Positions 26,851 through 41,366 of a DNA stretch of 64,000 nucleotides are shown here, piece after piece (position 1 is the first letter of the stretch; each line of letters starts with the position of its first letter). The notes beneath the pieces were generated by a model. It saw nothing but the letters and a program-made list of their open reading frames with translations. It was not told the DNA's origin and did not search any database. Both the position numbers and the translations under genes were made by a program. Origin of the DNA: the human T2T-CHM13v2.0 reference genome, Homo sapiens. The stretch lies in the NCBI RefSeq assembly GCF_009914755.1, contig NC_060944.1; one strand, given 5' to 3'.

Positions 26851-27449
26851 AGTGAGATGCTGTTAGATGAGGTAATATGACATCATCTTAAGGGCCACTA
26901 AAAACCTGACTCTAGGATTCACCAAGTCCTAGGATTGTATTCTGTCTCCGCCAGGTATTTGATGTATAGATTTTAAGGCTCATTTTCCTCTATACAATGG
27001 GAACAATAGTAGAACTATTTCCATGGTAGCCATGGAATAGAATGAGATATTATAACTACAGTCATTCCAGTAATTTGCTAATCATTCTTCTGATGATTTA
27101 GTTAGGGAGTTAGAGCTTTTAAAAGATAGCTGTTTGTTTTATTGTAAGAAAATATACCTGAGACCTCTGTTGAGAGGAGTCAGGAAGGGAGACTATTTTA
27201 GCATCTGTTTCACAAAAATGATACCTGAACTTTTGTAAAAAAGAAAAAATCTTCGAACACTTAAAGATCTCCATTCCCTTTTTTTGTCATGAAATAAATA
27301 AATTGTCCACTAGAAAGTTGGTAAACAAAGCAGTAGCAGATTGTAAACTCTAAATGCATAGTGAATTTCCATGTTTAGGAATTCATGCCCTCCAAATAAT
27401 CATAGATTTATATAATCATACAGCTAAGGATATATTAATTGCAGTATTA

Positions 27450-28340
27450 TTTCTCTAAAATGTATTGAAGCATAATATATACACAGTAAAGTATACAAAT
27501 CATATGTACACAGTTCAAATTATTTTCACAAAGTGAATAAATGTGTTCACCCAGCTCAAGATACAGAACAACTCTGCCTCCCAGAAGTTTTCCTCAAGTC
27601 CCAAGCCCATCAGTTCCATCCCAAAAGTAACCATACTGTGACTCTATTCAGCATAAATTGGTTTTGCATGGTTTAAAATTTACATAAATGGAATAAAAAT
27701 AATTAGTAGGAAACTCTAATATCTACTACTTTCACTTATAAATTTTATAAAACGTATCCATACTGCTACATGGAAAAGTAATGTGTTCTTTCTCATTTCT
27801 GCATAGTATTCCATTGTACACACATAACATAGTTGACATTTTTTCTGCTGCGTGCATATAGCCAGGAGTGGATTTGCTGTGTTACTGTATATGCATATGT
27901 TCAATTTTAATAGGTAATACCAAAGTGGTTTTACTAATTGACACCCCCGTGCTTTTTCAAACATTTTGTGTATTCTGTCTTTTGAATTTTAGACATCCTA
28001 TTGGCTGTTAATTTTCATTTTCCTAATGACAATCCTGTTGAGTGTCTTTGTAGGCACTGTGGTTCAGGATTCACTCCATTGTGAAGTACCTGATCAAATA
28101 TTTTGCTGGGTGTCTCTTGCTTTTCCTACTGATGTGTTGTTGATTTTTATATATTTGAATCACAAAGTATTTTTCAGAGCTAAGTAATAACAATTTGTTC
28201 TCTCACTTTGAGTCTTGAAATTTTCTCCCTAAATAATGTTTTTGATGAATAGTCTTTTCCTTTATAATCAATGTGTTTCATGTCTGGTTGAAAATATCTT
28301 TGCCTACCTTCAGATCATGAAGGTACTCTTCTACATTTTA
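27450..28340 (-). mobile_element. L1ME-type 3' region
   Basis: TATTGAAGCATAATATATACACAGTAAAGTATACAAATC; TTTCACAAAGTGAA. Confidence 0.75.
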
Positions 28341-29958
28341 CTTGTAGTATTATTTATAATAGAAAATTATGAAAACATGCTAAATACCTAGCCACAAAGA
28401 ACTGACTTGAAAATCATACATACCCATGTCATGTAGTAATAGGAACCCACTTTAAAGCCTATAGAATAATACATGATGAAATGAGAAGTGTTTATCACAT
28501 ATTGTAGTTTGAGAAAAGCAGGTTATGAAAGATGTGAAATTTGATATAATTTTTGAAGAATGCATACAGAATAAAGACTGTACGAATACATTTTTAAAGT
28601 AATTATCTGGGGGTGGTGATAATATAAATTATCATTCTTTTATTTTTGCTAATTTACATTGGCAATATTTATATAAGCACATGTTCCTGTGCTATAATAC
28701 AAGATAGAATCTGTTAAAACTAAGGGACAGTGACATCAAATTTGAAAATAAATATTTTATTCAATTTTATAGCTTGTTAATGGTAAAATGTGAGGTAAAT
28801 ATTAGGTTATTATTTAACCAATACACCGTCCTATGTCTGAAGGTGTTCATAATCACAGATGCAGAATACAGGGTGTTGAGACCAATTTGATATTTTATTA
28901 GTCAAATCAAAAATTTAACAATGTTTATAGGTTCTCATCAGTGATAATTATCTGCTGCCTGCTGACGCCTGCATTTTTATCAATTGGCTACAGTCCAATA
29001 TGCAACTGCATATTTAATTAGCATGTCCATTTATTCTCATAGTGAGCCAGTGAGAGTGTAGATAATACAGAGGTTTTCTACCAACAAACATAGTCACTCT
29101 GACTTTATAGCTTATAAGTTGGAATGAGGAGACCCAATGGGTATGATTCTCTTGAGAATTTCTCTCCTTTGGAAAACCTTTTTTTGAGAAAGTGGAAGGG
29201 AATGATGTAATTAATGGGATAATTCTCACCCTGGGGACACTTGGGTTTTTCTTCATGCTATTCACAAATTATAGAAAGTCAAAAAGGTCCCTGTAAATTT
29301 GTTGACCAAGAATCGTATTACGTCCAAAATATCTCCCTCAAGTTTAACTTTACTTGACTATCAGGAGATTGCTTTATTCACTTTAGGTTTGACCTTTGTT
29401 TTTAATTCATCTCATCTTTAATTCCTTTTATATATCAACTCAAAAAGAATGAAAGCATTCAATCCTGAACCTTCCTCAAACGGGGTGATTTAGCGAATGC
29501 TAATGGCAATTAGCAGTCCCAATTAGTATTTATGCATTCCACATGAATACAAGAAATAGTACCATGCCAGATGCTTTTCTCTATGCAGAGGGTTAGTGTA
29601 GGGAATAAGAAGGAGATAGATTAAATCTCTGTCCTCAAGAAACATGTATTCATTTAGGGTGACAGAGAGAAAATAAGTAAACAAAGTAATAGGTCACAGG
29701 AACTTAACTCTCTTTTATATAAATTTGCCTATGGTCAGATTTTCATTTCACTTAAAGCCTAAGTTTTTAAGAACCCATGGACAATGTCAAGTGAGGACTT
29801 ACTGGACAAGGTAACTAGGTCACAGCTATGATTAATGTAGCAAGAGCCATGAGGCCACATTTTTTCTTTAAGCCAGAACTTTCCTCTGTCTCAGAAAGAA
29901 GCCAATGGTGTTCTAATCATGAAAGTGGTTAGAATTAAAATGGAGTCATTTAAGCTAA

Positions 29959-31390
<1,432 letters not shown>

Positions 31391-31796
31391 TGAAGGCCTT
31401 AGTATTTTTAAAAACCCTGACAAACAGGATCTGAGAAGGCTGTGAAGAGAAGGGTCTTATACTTGTATGCCTCACAAAACTATCACAGAAAACTCTAATG
31501 AAACCAAAATCCTGCACAAAGGTTGTTGCAACCTTACACAAGAAATAACTGGGCAAGCACATCTGTCCAACAGCTGCCTGTCCAATCTCAGACTGGTGTC
31601 ATCATTGTTATTGATTCTTGTAGCCAAGGATAATTATTTTTAAACCATTATGTAATCCTCTTCATTTTTTCTTTAAAAACTTTTGTCTTTCTTTGCCTCC
31701 CTAAATAAGCACATTATTTACAATGACATGTGCACTCCCATTGTAAGGTTCTCTTCCCAAATAAACATCATTTTCTTTTAGAGAGTCTCACTCTAT

Positions 31797-31960
31797 ATTT
31801 ATTTATTTATTTTGAAACTGGACCTTGCTCTGTCACCCAGGCTGGCGTGCAGTGATGCAATCATAGCTCACCGCAACCTGGACCTCCTGGGCTCAAGCAG
31901 TACTCCTCCCTCAGCTTCCTAAGAAGCCGGGACTATAGGTGCTCACCACCACACCCTGCC
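31797..31960 (-). mobile_element. FRAM / AluJ right monomer
   Basis: CTTGCTCTGTCACCCAGGCTGG...ATCATAGCTCAC...CTGGGCTCAAGC. Confidence 0.85.
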
Positions 31961-31989
31961 TGTATTTGTTATTTAGGTTGACGTAAGAA

Positions 31990-32596
31990 ATATGAAGAAC
32001 CAAAGAATCCTGTCACAACTTTTCTTATTCATGTTACTTTCCTGAACTGGACAAACACTCATGATGGAAATGATGACCTAGAAGGAAACAGAAAGACAGG
32101 GAAAAGCATAGTTCCTTTTCCTTCCTGCCCCTTCTTACTTATCAGTAAACTGAAAGTAAGTGGTATTGGTAGAGCATGTGCTTGAAATAAAGACAGCTGA
32201 GCGAGGTAGTTTCCTACAGTGATATCCGCTATCCTTGTAAGAACAAACTACATCTGCATGTATTAACTACAAAATACAAATTTTGTAATAATTTTGGTGG
32301 TTCTACATAGAAGCTAAATGCTCAAATATTTGCATCTAAAACTGTCATTGCATAATATAGAAAAGAATAGTTAAATTCATATTAATAATTTTTATTTGAT
32401 TATTTTATTTTCCTTTCAAATAGTATTAAATAACAAATGAAAAAACACACTATGACAAGTCAAAGGAGAGATTATGGAATATCAGAAAAAGCTTCATAGT
32501 TAAGTACCTTTAGCTACACTTACTTTTGGCTTTTTGAATAAAAGACTTCACATTTTCATTTTGCCCTGGAATCTGCAAATTATGTATCTGGTTCTG
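31990..32596. mobile_element. MER45B-like hAT-Tip100 element
   Basis: End TTTTTGAATAAAAGACTTCACATTTTCATTTTGCCCTGGAATCTGCAAATTATGTATCTGGTTCTG. Confidence 0.65.
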
Positions 32597-32979
32597 CCTG
32601 TGGAAAACAGGATCCAACTCAGAGAGTTCAATAAACTTTAGTGAAGAAACTAAATAAATTTGGGCAGAAGGCAGGGAACTGGCAGGGATTTAAAGCACTG
32701 AGACTAGCAACAGTGAAGAGTCATTACCACCCTGGACCTGAAGAAGCAGGGGATAACATATTTTCATCTCAGACTATGAGAGTGAGTAGTTGGGAAAAAC
32801 ACATCCTGACCTCTGTCTCCCCTGCCCTTGGATCTCTTTCCTGTACTTTCCTTTGGCAAACCCAACTGGAAGCCAGCCATCTAGGGAGCCTGGGGCATGC
32901 GGTCCATGGGGTCAGGGCAATAAAACATGTCAGTGAAGGGCAAAGAAAGTATCTGAGGTGAAGGCAAGTTGAGTATAAC

Positions 32980-33725
32980 TGTGGCACAGTGAAAAATAAA
33001 TATTTGATCTCTGACCCCAGTTTTGGGCACAAAGCCCCTAAAATCCTTCAAGTCTCCAGAGTGATAATAGTATCTTTTGAATGTTCCTAGCAAGGATCTC
33101 TAAATAGCTTCAGAATTGGGGGCTGGTTGCCAGAAAGACCAAACCATGATTAAAGGGTTGAAACTTTCAGCCCCACCCTGCCCCCTTTGGGGGAAGGGGG
33201 AAGGTCTGGAGATTGAGATCAGTCACCAATGGCCAATGATGTAATCAATCATGCCTACCTAATGAAACCTTCATCAAAACCCTTAAAAGGGTTTTGAAGC
33301 GCTTCTAGGTTGGTGAGCACCTCAAAGTGCTAGGAGGCATGGAAGAAGCTCTGTGTCTCTCCCCACCAAACCTTGCCCTATATATGTCTTCCCTTTGTGT
33401 GTTTCTGAATTGCATCCACTATAATAAACCAGTAGGTATAAATGCAGTGTTTTCCTGAGTTCTGTGAGTCATTCTTGTAAACTATCAAACTGGAGGAGGG
33501 AAGGGAGACTGATATGGAAATGCAGGAACTTGTAGTTGGCCAGGCAGAAGTGTGAGGAGCCTAGGTACCCTGTTTGCAGCCAGCATCTAAATTGAGGGCA
33601 ACTTGTGGGACTTGAGCAATCTGTACAGTCCAGATAGTTAGTGTCAGAATTGAATAGAATTGTTGGACACCAAGTTGACATTGGAGAATTAGTTGGTGTT
33701 GGAAAAAAACACCTACCCGGTGTCA
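32980..33725 (+). mobile_element. MER21C-type LTR
   Basis: GGGGCTGGTTGCCAGAAAGACCAAACCATGATTAAAGGGTTG; CACCAATGGCCAATGAT; GTTTTCCTGAGTTCTGTGAG; TG...CA ends. Confidence 0.85.
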
Positions 33726-34667
33726 AATGTGGTACCAGAAGTGGTATCTCCTTTTTTTTTGGTTGATCATACCTATCTGGAAAAGTTTGTAAGAATAAGC
33801 AAACTTGGCACATGTGTCCAAAGATGAATCTTCAAATTTTTAAATCCAGGTGTTGCCAAGTTATTTAAGCCTTACTCATTGTTAACTGAGCATAAGCTAG
33901 ATAAATATGAAGGCAGGCAAAAAACCTTCATACAGTGACTGCCAGGGCATGACTGTAGTTTGAAAGGCTTGTGAAAATCAACCTTTTCTGTGTCCAATAG
34001 CATAAATGGAGCTCATTAAAATAAGCCTCTTTCAAGTTATTGAATGTCTGCCAAGAAGACACCTTTGTTCTGAAAACTCTAAGAAACCTCCTTGTGGTTT
34101 TAGAAGAGAAATTATACAAACCCCTGTTATAAGTCCCAGATATTCTGTGTGTAATAAGAAAAAAGGGGGAAGGGCAGTTGTACTCGGTAGTTGCTATGCA
34201 ACAATGCATGTGGCCATTGCTATTTTAGATTTAATAACCTTTAACACATGCACTTTCTTGGACATGCAGCGAATTTACAGCAAGTAGCGCTCACGTTGAT
34301 TCTGCCTCTTCATCTGAAATGCCAGTGCCATGTTAAATTTGTGGTCCATGACATACCAGAGGCCTGGCAGTTCAGGTTAATATACTGCTGAATTCCTACA
34401 ATGTGGACCTTACAGTGACTGTTAATTGAAAAGCTGTGCTCAATGTCAAATTAATGTGCCATGGAGTTATGTTTTGGCTTAAATGCAAAGCCAGATAACT
34501 AATCTCTGTCTCTCATATATTAGCAGAATGCTGAGCTCATTATTGCCCTTGTAAACTGGCAATATTCTCTGGAATGCCAGTCTATTGAGCCTTCATTAGG
34601 AACAGAGGGTGTCCTTCTTCAGTGGCAGTCGTTTTTTCTCTTCCACCCAAGTTTAACCTTGAGAGGG

Positions 34668-34691
34668 GTGTGTGTGTGTGTGTGTGTGTGT
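34668..34691. repeat. (TG)n microsatellite
   Basis: Read directly. Confidence 0.95.
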
Positions 34692-34934
34692 AGTTGGCTA
34701 CCCCAAATTAAGTTGTGTACATTGTATACCAAGATCACGTATTACAATTATTATAATTACTGGTAGCACTTATGGAGCAAGTGCATTATGCCTAGTACTA
34801 GTTTAACCTCTTTATATTGATCTCTTATATAATCTTCAAAATAGCTCACAATATATGGAACATATAGCCCTATGCTATTAGCTATGGAAAATAGCAGATT
34901 ATCAGTAAATGCTCGTCAAATGTTCAATCTGATG

Positions 34935-35190
34935 TTAGCCACTATGGGGGCTATTCCTTTCTCTTTTGTCCTGAAAGCCCTCCTTCTCCCTTATTCTGGA
35001 ATGTTTACCTCGATCTCCTCCCATTTACTACTATGGTGGTGGGCATGTAACCCAGGTTAGGCCAATAATAGTACCTCCCTCTTATTACCAAAAGTTAGCT
35101 CATAACCCAAGCCAAGCCAATGAAAGCCCTTCCTAGAAGTGTTCAAAATTATTTGAAGGTGAGAAAATGTCTTTTACGCCCTTCTCTGAT
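34935..35190 (+). mobile_element. LTR16-like ERVL LTR fragment
   Basis: GGGCATGTAACCCAGGTTAGGCCAAT; ACCCAAGCCAAGCCAATGA. Confidence 0.5.
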
Positions 35191-35209
35191 TGTGCTGTTA
35201 TTAACATGT

Positions 35210-35378
35210 AGGATTGGGGACAAAAATGAGTAACCCAGGGTGCTTAGGGCATGAAATTTAAGGAGGCATTGACTGTCAGTGTCGTGCAAGTGCAAAGTTG
35301 ATACTTGAAAATAAGTGTCTCCTTAAATTTTCTACCCAGTGTGTCTGCCTCTCTAGCCACAGCCTAGTTGCAGCCCTG
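35210..35378. mobile_element. MER96 (hAT-Tip100 MITE)
   Basis: Internal inverted repeat AAATTTAAGGAGGCA / TGTCTCCTTAAATTT, GTCGTGCAAGTGCA core, end CAGCCCTG. Confidence 0.75.
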
Positions 35379-36098
35379 CTAAGATGTGAACCTAGAAGTG
35401 CCAGTGGCACTTCCTTCAGCCACATGAAGAACTAATTTCATTTGAAGAGAATGAAATCAATAAGCAAAGTAGGTCTGCCTCCAACATTTGCAGAGCCCAA
35501 GGCAAGAATACAAATGAGCCCACATCTCATATATCTAAATATTTAAACATTATCAATAAGGCTGTACCAATAGCCCAGCTGACGTTTGTGCCTGGAGACC
35601 AACAGACGCTCCCAGAATCACCACTCAGAGTCCAGAGGTTGAAGGGGCTGCACTCCTCTCCACTGACCCGCCAGTCTTGGTACGTGCAAACATGAGGGGC
35701 AGTAGAGATCGCTGGGGTAGACAGGCAGAGCTGGACAGAGCCCAGGACAGGCAAAACCCAGGACTCCTGGAAGGTAAGCGCCCCCTGCCTCAGAGGACTC
35801 ACCCAGGACTCCCCCTGGCCCCGTCACTGAGAAAGTGGGATAAGGCATCAATGCAAGAGGGTTTTCTTTCCTTACGTCTCATTTTCCTGACTTAGAATTT
35901 CCAGGCCATTCTAGCATAGCAGTTCAGAATACCAGAGGGGAAAGACAGGTATACATATCTGTAGAATCCAGTCTGTAATAAAATGCAAAGTAGTTTTTTA
36001 TATATATATATATCAGAGCATCCTATCTTAGTGTCCCAGGAGAGAGCTTAAATTTTTTTCTCCTGTAATTCCTGTTTCACAAAAATCACCAAACTTAC

Positions 36099-36152
36099 AA
36101 AAAAAGAGGTAGTTGAAAGATATATATATATCTTTCAACTACCTCTTTTTTT
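36099..36152. repeat. Perfect 54-bp palindrome
   Basis: A7-GAGGTAGTTGAAAGA-(TA)5-TCTTTCAACTACCTC-T7 equals its own reverse complement. Confidence 0.97.
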
Positions 36153-36597
36153 TAGTAACTATCTCTTTTTTATGCTGACCTCAGGGTCAGCATAAAGCAG
36201 GGCCCCTAAGGCAGAGGTCCCTAAGTTACTAAGTGTAAACTGACAGGACCCTAAGGTGCTGGGTCTTCCAAGTACAAGATGTCTTCAGGCGGCCATCCCT
36301 TAAGATATTGGGCTTGGTTGCGCTTAGCAGGCACACTTTTCATCCTCCATCCCTAGAGGCTGAGCAAGCTGAGTCAACTATGTGGCCCAGAACTCTTAGG
36401 CAGTCGAAGTGTTCCACTTGCAATTTGAGAGTAGGGGATGAGGCTTGAAGAACAAACAGGAGCTGTCCAGGTGAAATGCAGTGGGGTGGAAAGGGGGAGT
36501 CCTTGCTAACCAAAAAGACTATCAGGAGAAGAGAATGTAAGGCAAGAAAGAGTTCAGCAAATTCAAGGAATTGAAAAGTGTCCCATAGAGAAAAGAG

Positions 36598-36600
<3 letters not shown>

Positions 36601-36642
<42 letters not shown>
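36601..36642. repeat. (GA)21 microsatellite within an L2-like relic
   Basis: Read directly. Confidence 0.95.
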
Positions 36643-36647
<5 letters not shown>

Positions 36648-37849
36648 TGTGACTGTGGAAATTGACAGGAGCACCATCAAGCTGGACTTGCAGCACCAGT
36701 ATATCATTGATGGGAAGTTATTTAAGGAAATGACTCATAAGATCTGACATAGGGTTTCAAGGCTCCGTCTGTGGGCCGGACTCAGCTCCAGCTTGGACCA
36801 GGGCTGTGACATAGGGCATGTTGGGATGCATGTGTTTAATGTCTGTCTTCTGTGTCCAGGTTCTGGGAGGATTTCTTACAGGCATTTTCTCCCCCAACTT
36901 GTTTCTCTCTCAGCTGTCAGTTCAACCTAACTTTATCCATGACATGGAGCAGGCCAGCTACAGCAGGAGGGCTTTTTATCTCCATGTGAGATTAGTAGCA
37001 GACAAGTTCCCTGGGTCACAAAAATGGCCAGAGAGACTGTTGGAGTTTTAAAAATATCCCTTTAGACCAACTTGTGCATGAAACGAACTGGAAGAACAAA
37101 GAAAACAAAGCTTTGGTAAATGCGAAACCCCCTCAACCTCTCTACTACTCAGGTATGGTTTTAAAATGTCATACTGGAAACAGCTCAAGAACAAAGGCTG
37201 CCTCTACCCAAGTAAAAGAAGTGTACATACAGGATAATTATCTGTCCAAACTCATCTACAACTATACCTGAGTTATGTAGATAATGCAGGCAAAAATATA
37301 TTTAATTATCCAGATAAGAATCTGGATGTCATGACTTTTATTTGCATGTATAAATAGCCATATGCAGGGTGTTCGACGTCAGGTTTCAGCTTTCAGTTTT
37401 TTTTTCTTCCTAAAGTGTTGGGAGATATCTTAAGCAGCTCAAAATTATCTTACTCCAATATTTATCAGTCAAACACTTCGCTATGGACAAAGTGTTAATA
37501 GAGGTTCTAGCAGGATATATTATGGGATTTGGAAATCTTATCCTAAAGCAAACTTCATCTCAAAAGATGAGCTTGTGCATGATTTGATATATACTCCCTC
37601 ATTCACTTTAGAAGAAGCCAAAGGCAAATGTAAATAGAGATAAAAATGAAGAGGCATTTAAGGCAGACAAAGGCCAAATGGCCAGCTTTTGTGTTCTGTA
37701 TTGGAAGGGTGGAGTTTCCTGGTATTCAATAAAAAGACTATTTTTATTGAACAAATCCACCCAACAGTGTAGCCTGCATCAATTGAATCCTTCCAATGAA
37801 GAGATTAGAATTTTATGCTGTATCTATATTCTAGTGTGTATCCATAGGG

Positions 37850-38077
37850 TGGGATTATCAACCACTACTGACATTTTGGACTGGATAACCGTTGGATACA
37901 TGGGGAGGGAGTGAGGGGCTGTCCTGTGTATTGTAGGATGCTTAGCAGCATCTCTGGTTTATGTCCACTAGATTCCAGAAGCTCCTACCAACCACTAGTC
38001 AGGACACCAAATTTATCTCACAGACCTTTCCAACTGTCTTTTGGGTCTAAAATCACTCCTGGTTGAGAAACATGGTT
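37850..38077. mobile_element. MER20
   Basis: CACTACTGACATTTTGGACTGGATAA; GGCTGTCCTGTGTATTGTAGGATGCTTAGCAGCATCTCTGG; GGTTGAGAAAC. Confidence 0.88.
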
Positions 38078-39039
38078 GTAGAGGATATTGAGAGATGTTT
38101 GGGCAGCCAAACCCCAATTTCTTTTTAAGAAATTGACTTTGGCCATCAAGATAAATTCATGAACCTGTTATTTCATTGCAAGAGAAGAAGGGATCCTTGA
38201 AGGTTCATTTAGCTAATGTCATAGTCTCATCAACCTTAGTAGGGACCTGAGAAGGTCAGAAGATCTAACCTTAGTCAATTTGGTTATTTGCTAGACTCTG
38301 AATCTTAACTGGAGTTGTACCATGAATGAAGAAATGGTTTGAGCTCAGGACTATTGAATGAGTCCTCATGTTTATGCCTGGTTCTTCCAAGTCTGGTTTG
38401 ATGGCTTTCCCTTCCAACTTACGAGCCCCGTCTTATTTTATTTTAATAAGTTGCAACTAAGGAAACTTTACTGAAACAGACCCTTTACTTTCAGTTTCTC
38501 ATTGAATTTAGTAAAAACAATTTAAAAACTAAACAACTAAAAATCAAATACAACAATAGAAAATCAAACCATTAAGATCATTTTACACAATTTAAAAAAC
38601 CAAATAAACTGCTGTTTTAATCAAACAATAATCAGTTAAGCCTCATTTGTTAAGCTCCAATGATTTAGTTACTTAAAACAACAAAAATATTTACATTATA
38701 CTAATGAAAGTATTTACTTCCAGGATGCTCAAATTTTAGGTAACGAAACTGAAAGTTTAAACAAAATCCTTTGCCGAACCTCAAAATACAAAAATGAATT
38801 AAATATAGCATTTAATTAGTCTACACTTTTGATTTCACTTATATAATATTTATACATTTCTAATTACAGCAATGCTAACACTAAGCCCTTTTGATACCCA
38901 AACATATTTAAAATTTTAAATTTAAATAGTTTAATTGATATTTAGGGACTTTAATTTTCTTCAACACCCAAATTTTCTCTCTTTTGAAATTCTCCATCTT
39001 TTCCTGCAATAAATCAGTTTCTTTCTGTAGGTCATTTTA

Positions 39040-39774
39040 TCATCTGTGCCAATTATCACCTTTCAGCCCAAGTCTACCCTTCAGTGTCTGCTCTGTAATA
39101 ATGGAATTGGGCCCTGTAGATTTTTCTCCTTTGCCGGCTGATACTATGTTAAGCTTTTTCAGTAGAGACACCTGGAGTGATACTGAGGGAGAAAGCAGTT
39201 TGTCCTCTTGGTTCTGGCATGTTCTCTCAGTAGTTTCTGCAGCATGCAGTGCTTCTGCTGTGTTCAGCTTCAGCAATGCATACAGCCGCTGCAGGGCATG
39301 TGGTTTTGCTGCTCTGGTTCCTGCAGTGTATGACATGAAGCAACCAGTAGCATGTAGCATCTCCTGTGAACAGCTTTCCTCCGGCACCCCCTCAGGTGGC
39401 TTTGCAGTGAGTACTAAGGCATGACACTGCCCTGTAGACAGCTTACTCTGACACCCCCAGAGAGATTCATAGAGGCCCCCACTTGTGCAACTCATCAACA
39501 AAGTTCTCCAGGAAACCATGACCCCAGCTCCTCTAATGAAGGTCACAGCCGTTGTGTGTAGAGGAACTCTTCTATCAACACTCTAGCTCAGCCCAAGAAG
39601 TGGTGGCTACTTTTTATATTTGTTATTTCTGCATTCTTTAGAATTATCTTCATGCATTACTAGCCAATCCCTTTTTACCCAAGTCTCTTGTTAAAGTTTA
39701 ATAATTTCTTTATATTGATGTTTTCATATTCAAATTACCAGATGGTTTCTGTTTGCTGATTGGATCCTGATACA
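39040..39774 (+). mobile_element. Old ERVL LTR (LTR33/LTR53-like)
   Basis: CTATGTTAAGCTTTTTCAGTAGAG..CTGGAG; terminal GGTTTCTGTTTGCTGATTGGATCCTGATACA. Confidence 0.55.
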
Positions 39775-40493
39775 TCATTTTTAAAATCACCAAACTCTTT
39801 GCTAATTGCAATATGTGGGTCATCTATGAGTAGGTTTTTTTCCTGTTGATTTCATTTTTCCTTTGACTCTGAATCACAGTTTTCTTTGTCTTCAGAAATC
39901 TATTGATTTTTTATTGTTAGTGGGTATTGTGGATAATACTTTGTGGAAGCTCTAAATTCTCTTATCTTCCAAAGAATAATGAATCTGAAAGTTTTGCCTT
40001 AGCAAACTTCCACTAAATTAGTGGAAGATCTCTTTGATATTGTGCAGCTGTAGTTTAAAGCTGTGGAACTATATCGCTGTTAAACTTAGTCATAAGGTAC
40101 ATCCCTTAATCCTAGTATATGGTCCTTACTTTTAATGCATGCATGACCATTTTGAATAAAAAGCCATAGTATGTATTATGCCTCTCGAATTTAGCGGGAT
40201 TTTAACTCAAAACTCTATCTCCTCAACATTGGGCAGGAGTCTGCTAAATTTTTTTCTTTATGGGTATTTTTTGCTGGGATCTTCACTTGGACATTCTGGA
40301 AGTCAATAAGTAATTTAAGGCAGGTTTGATACAGAATTGGTGACTCCCCCATTTCCAGCTACGCTGGTTTTTCCAACTAATAGCTCTGATTCCTCAAAAA
40401 ACATATAAACATAGATCTCACCCAATAGAACCCCTTCTTTCAAGGTTTTATCTCTTTCTATTTCTACCTTTCTTTTTTTCTCTCTCCTGTGGT

Positions 40494-41013
40494 ATTAGTT
40501 ATATAGTGCTGTGTACAGACACATCCCAGAACTTAGTCGTTTCTAACAGTCACTGTTCACTTAGCTCTCCCTTCTGTGTGTTAGATGGGAGGTTTTCATC
40601 TGAGTTGCCTCAGCTGATTTTTACCAGGCTCACTTGTGTACCTGTGAGAGCTGCTGTTTGGATTGTCTCAGATACTCTTACTCACATATCTGGCTGGTGG
40701 CAGGTTGTCAACAGTGGCAAATAGGCCATATGTCTCCCATCCAACAAGCTGGTTTGAGTTTCTTCATCTGACGATCACAGTATTTCAAAATAGCAAAAGG
40801 GTAAGTCTTAATGAACAAGTGCTTTTCACGCCTCTCTTTGTACCACTTTGTTAATGTCCCGTAGGATAAAAGCAAGTCACATAGCCAAGCCATGTTCAAA
40901 GAGTTGAGAAATAGACTCCACCTTTTGAAGGGAAGAGTTATAGCATCATATTACAAGGCTGTGGACACAAGAGGGGAAGAATTTGTAGCCTCTTATATTA
41001 TCTATCTGTCACA
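40494..41013 (-). mobile_element. MLT1-family MaLR LTR
   Basis: AAAGCAAGTCACATAGCCAAGCC...GAAATAGACTCCACCTTTTGAAGGGAAGAG. Confidence 0.8.
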
Positions 41014-41112
41014 AATTCCTTCAAAATATTTTTTAAAATTCAAAGTTTGTTTTTGGAAGTTTTATTGGTCTAATACATCCTATTCCAATATTGCCAATAA
41101 TATACTTGCTGG

Positions 41113-41366
41113 TTTTTTTTTTTTTTTTTGGAGACGGAGTCTCGCTCAGTTGCCCAGGCTGGAGTCCAGTGGCGTGATCTTGGCTCACTGTAAGCTCCGC
41201 CTCCCGGGTTCACGCCATTCTCCTGCCTTAGCCTCCTGAGTAGCTGGGACTACAGGCGCCCACCACCACGCCTGGCTAATTTTTTGTATTTTTAGTAGAG
41301 ACGGGGTTTCACCATGTTAGCCAGGATGGTCTCGATCTCCTGACCTTGTGATCTGCCCGCCTCGGC
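41113..41366 (-). mobile_element. AluY, 5'-truncated by ~45 nt
   Basis: AluY diagnostics; TSD TATACTTGCTGG at 41101-41112 and 41367-41378. Confidence 0.95.

Noticed and set aside
35394-35416. Short hairpin GAAGTGCCA-G-TGGCACTTC
   Set aside because: A 9-bp stem is expected by chance in 64 kb
38984-39546. 146-aa and 168-aa opposite-strand ORFs
   Set aside because: Lie in an old LTR, start at non-ATG codons and show no recognisable domain
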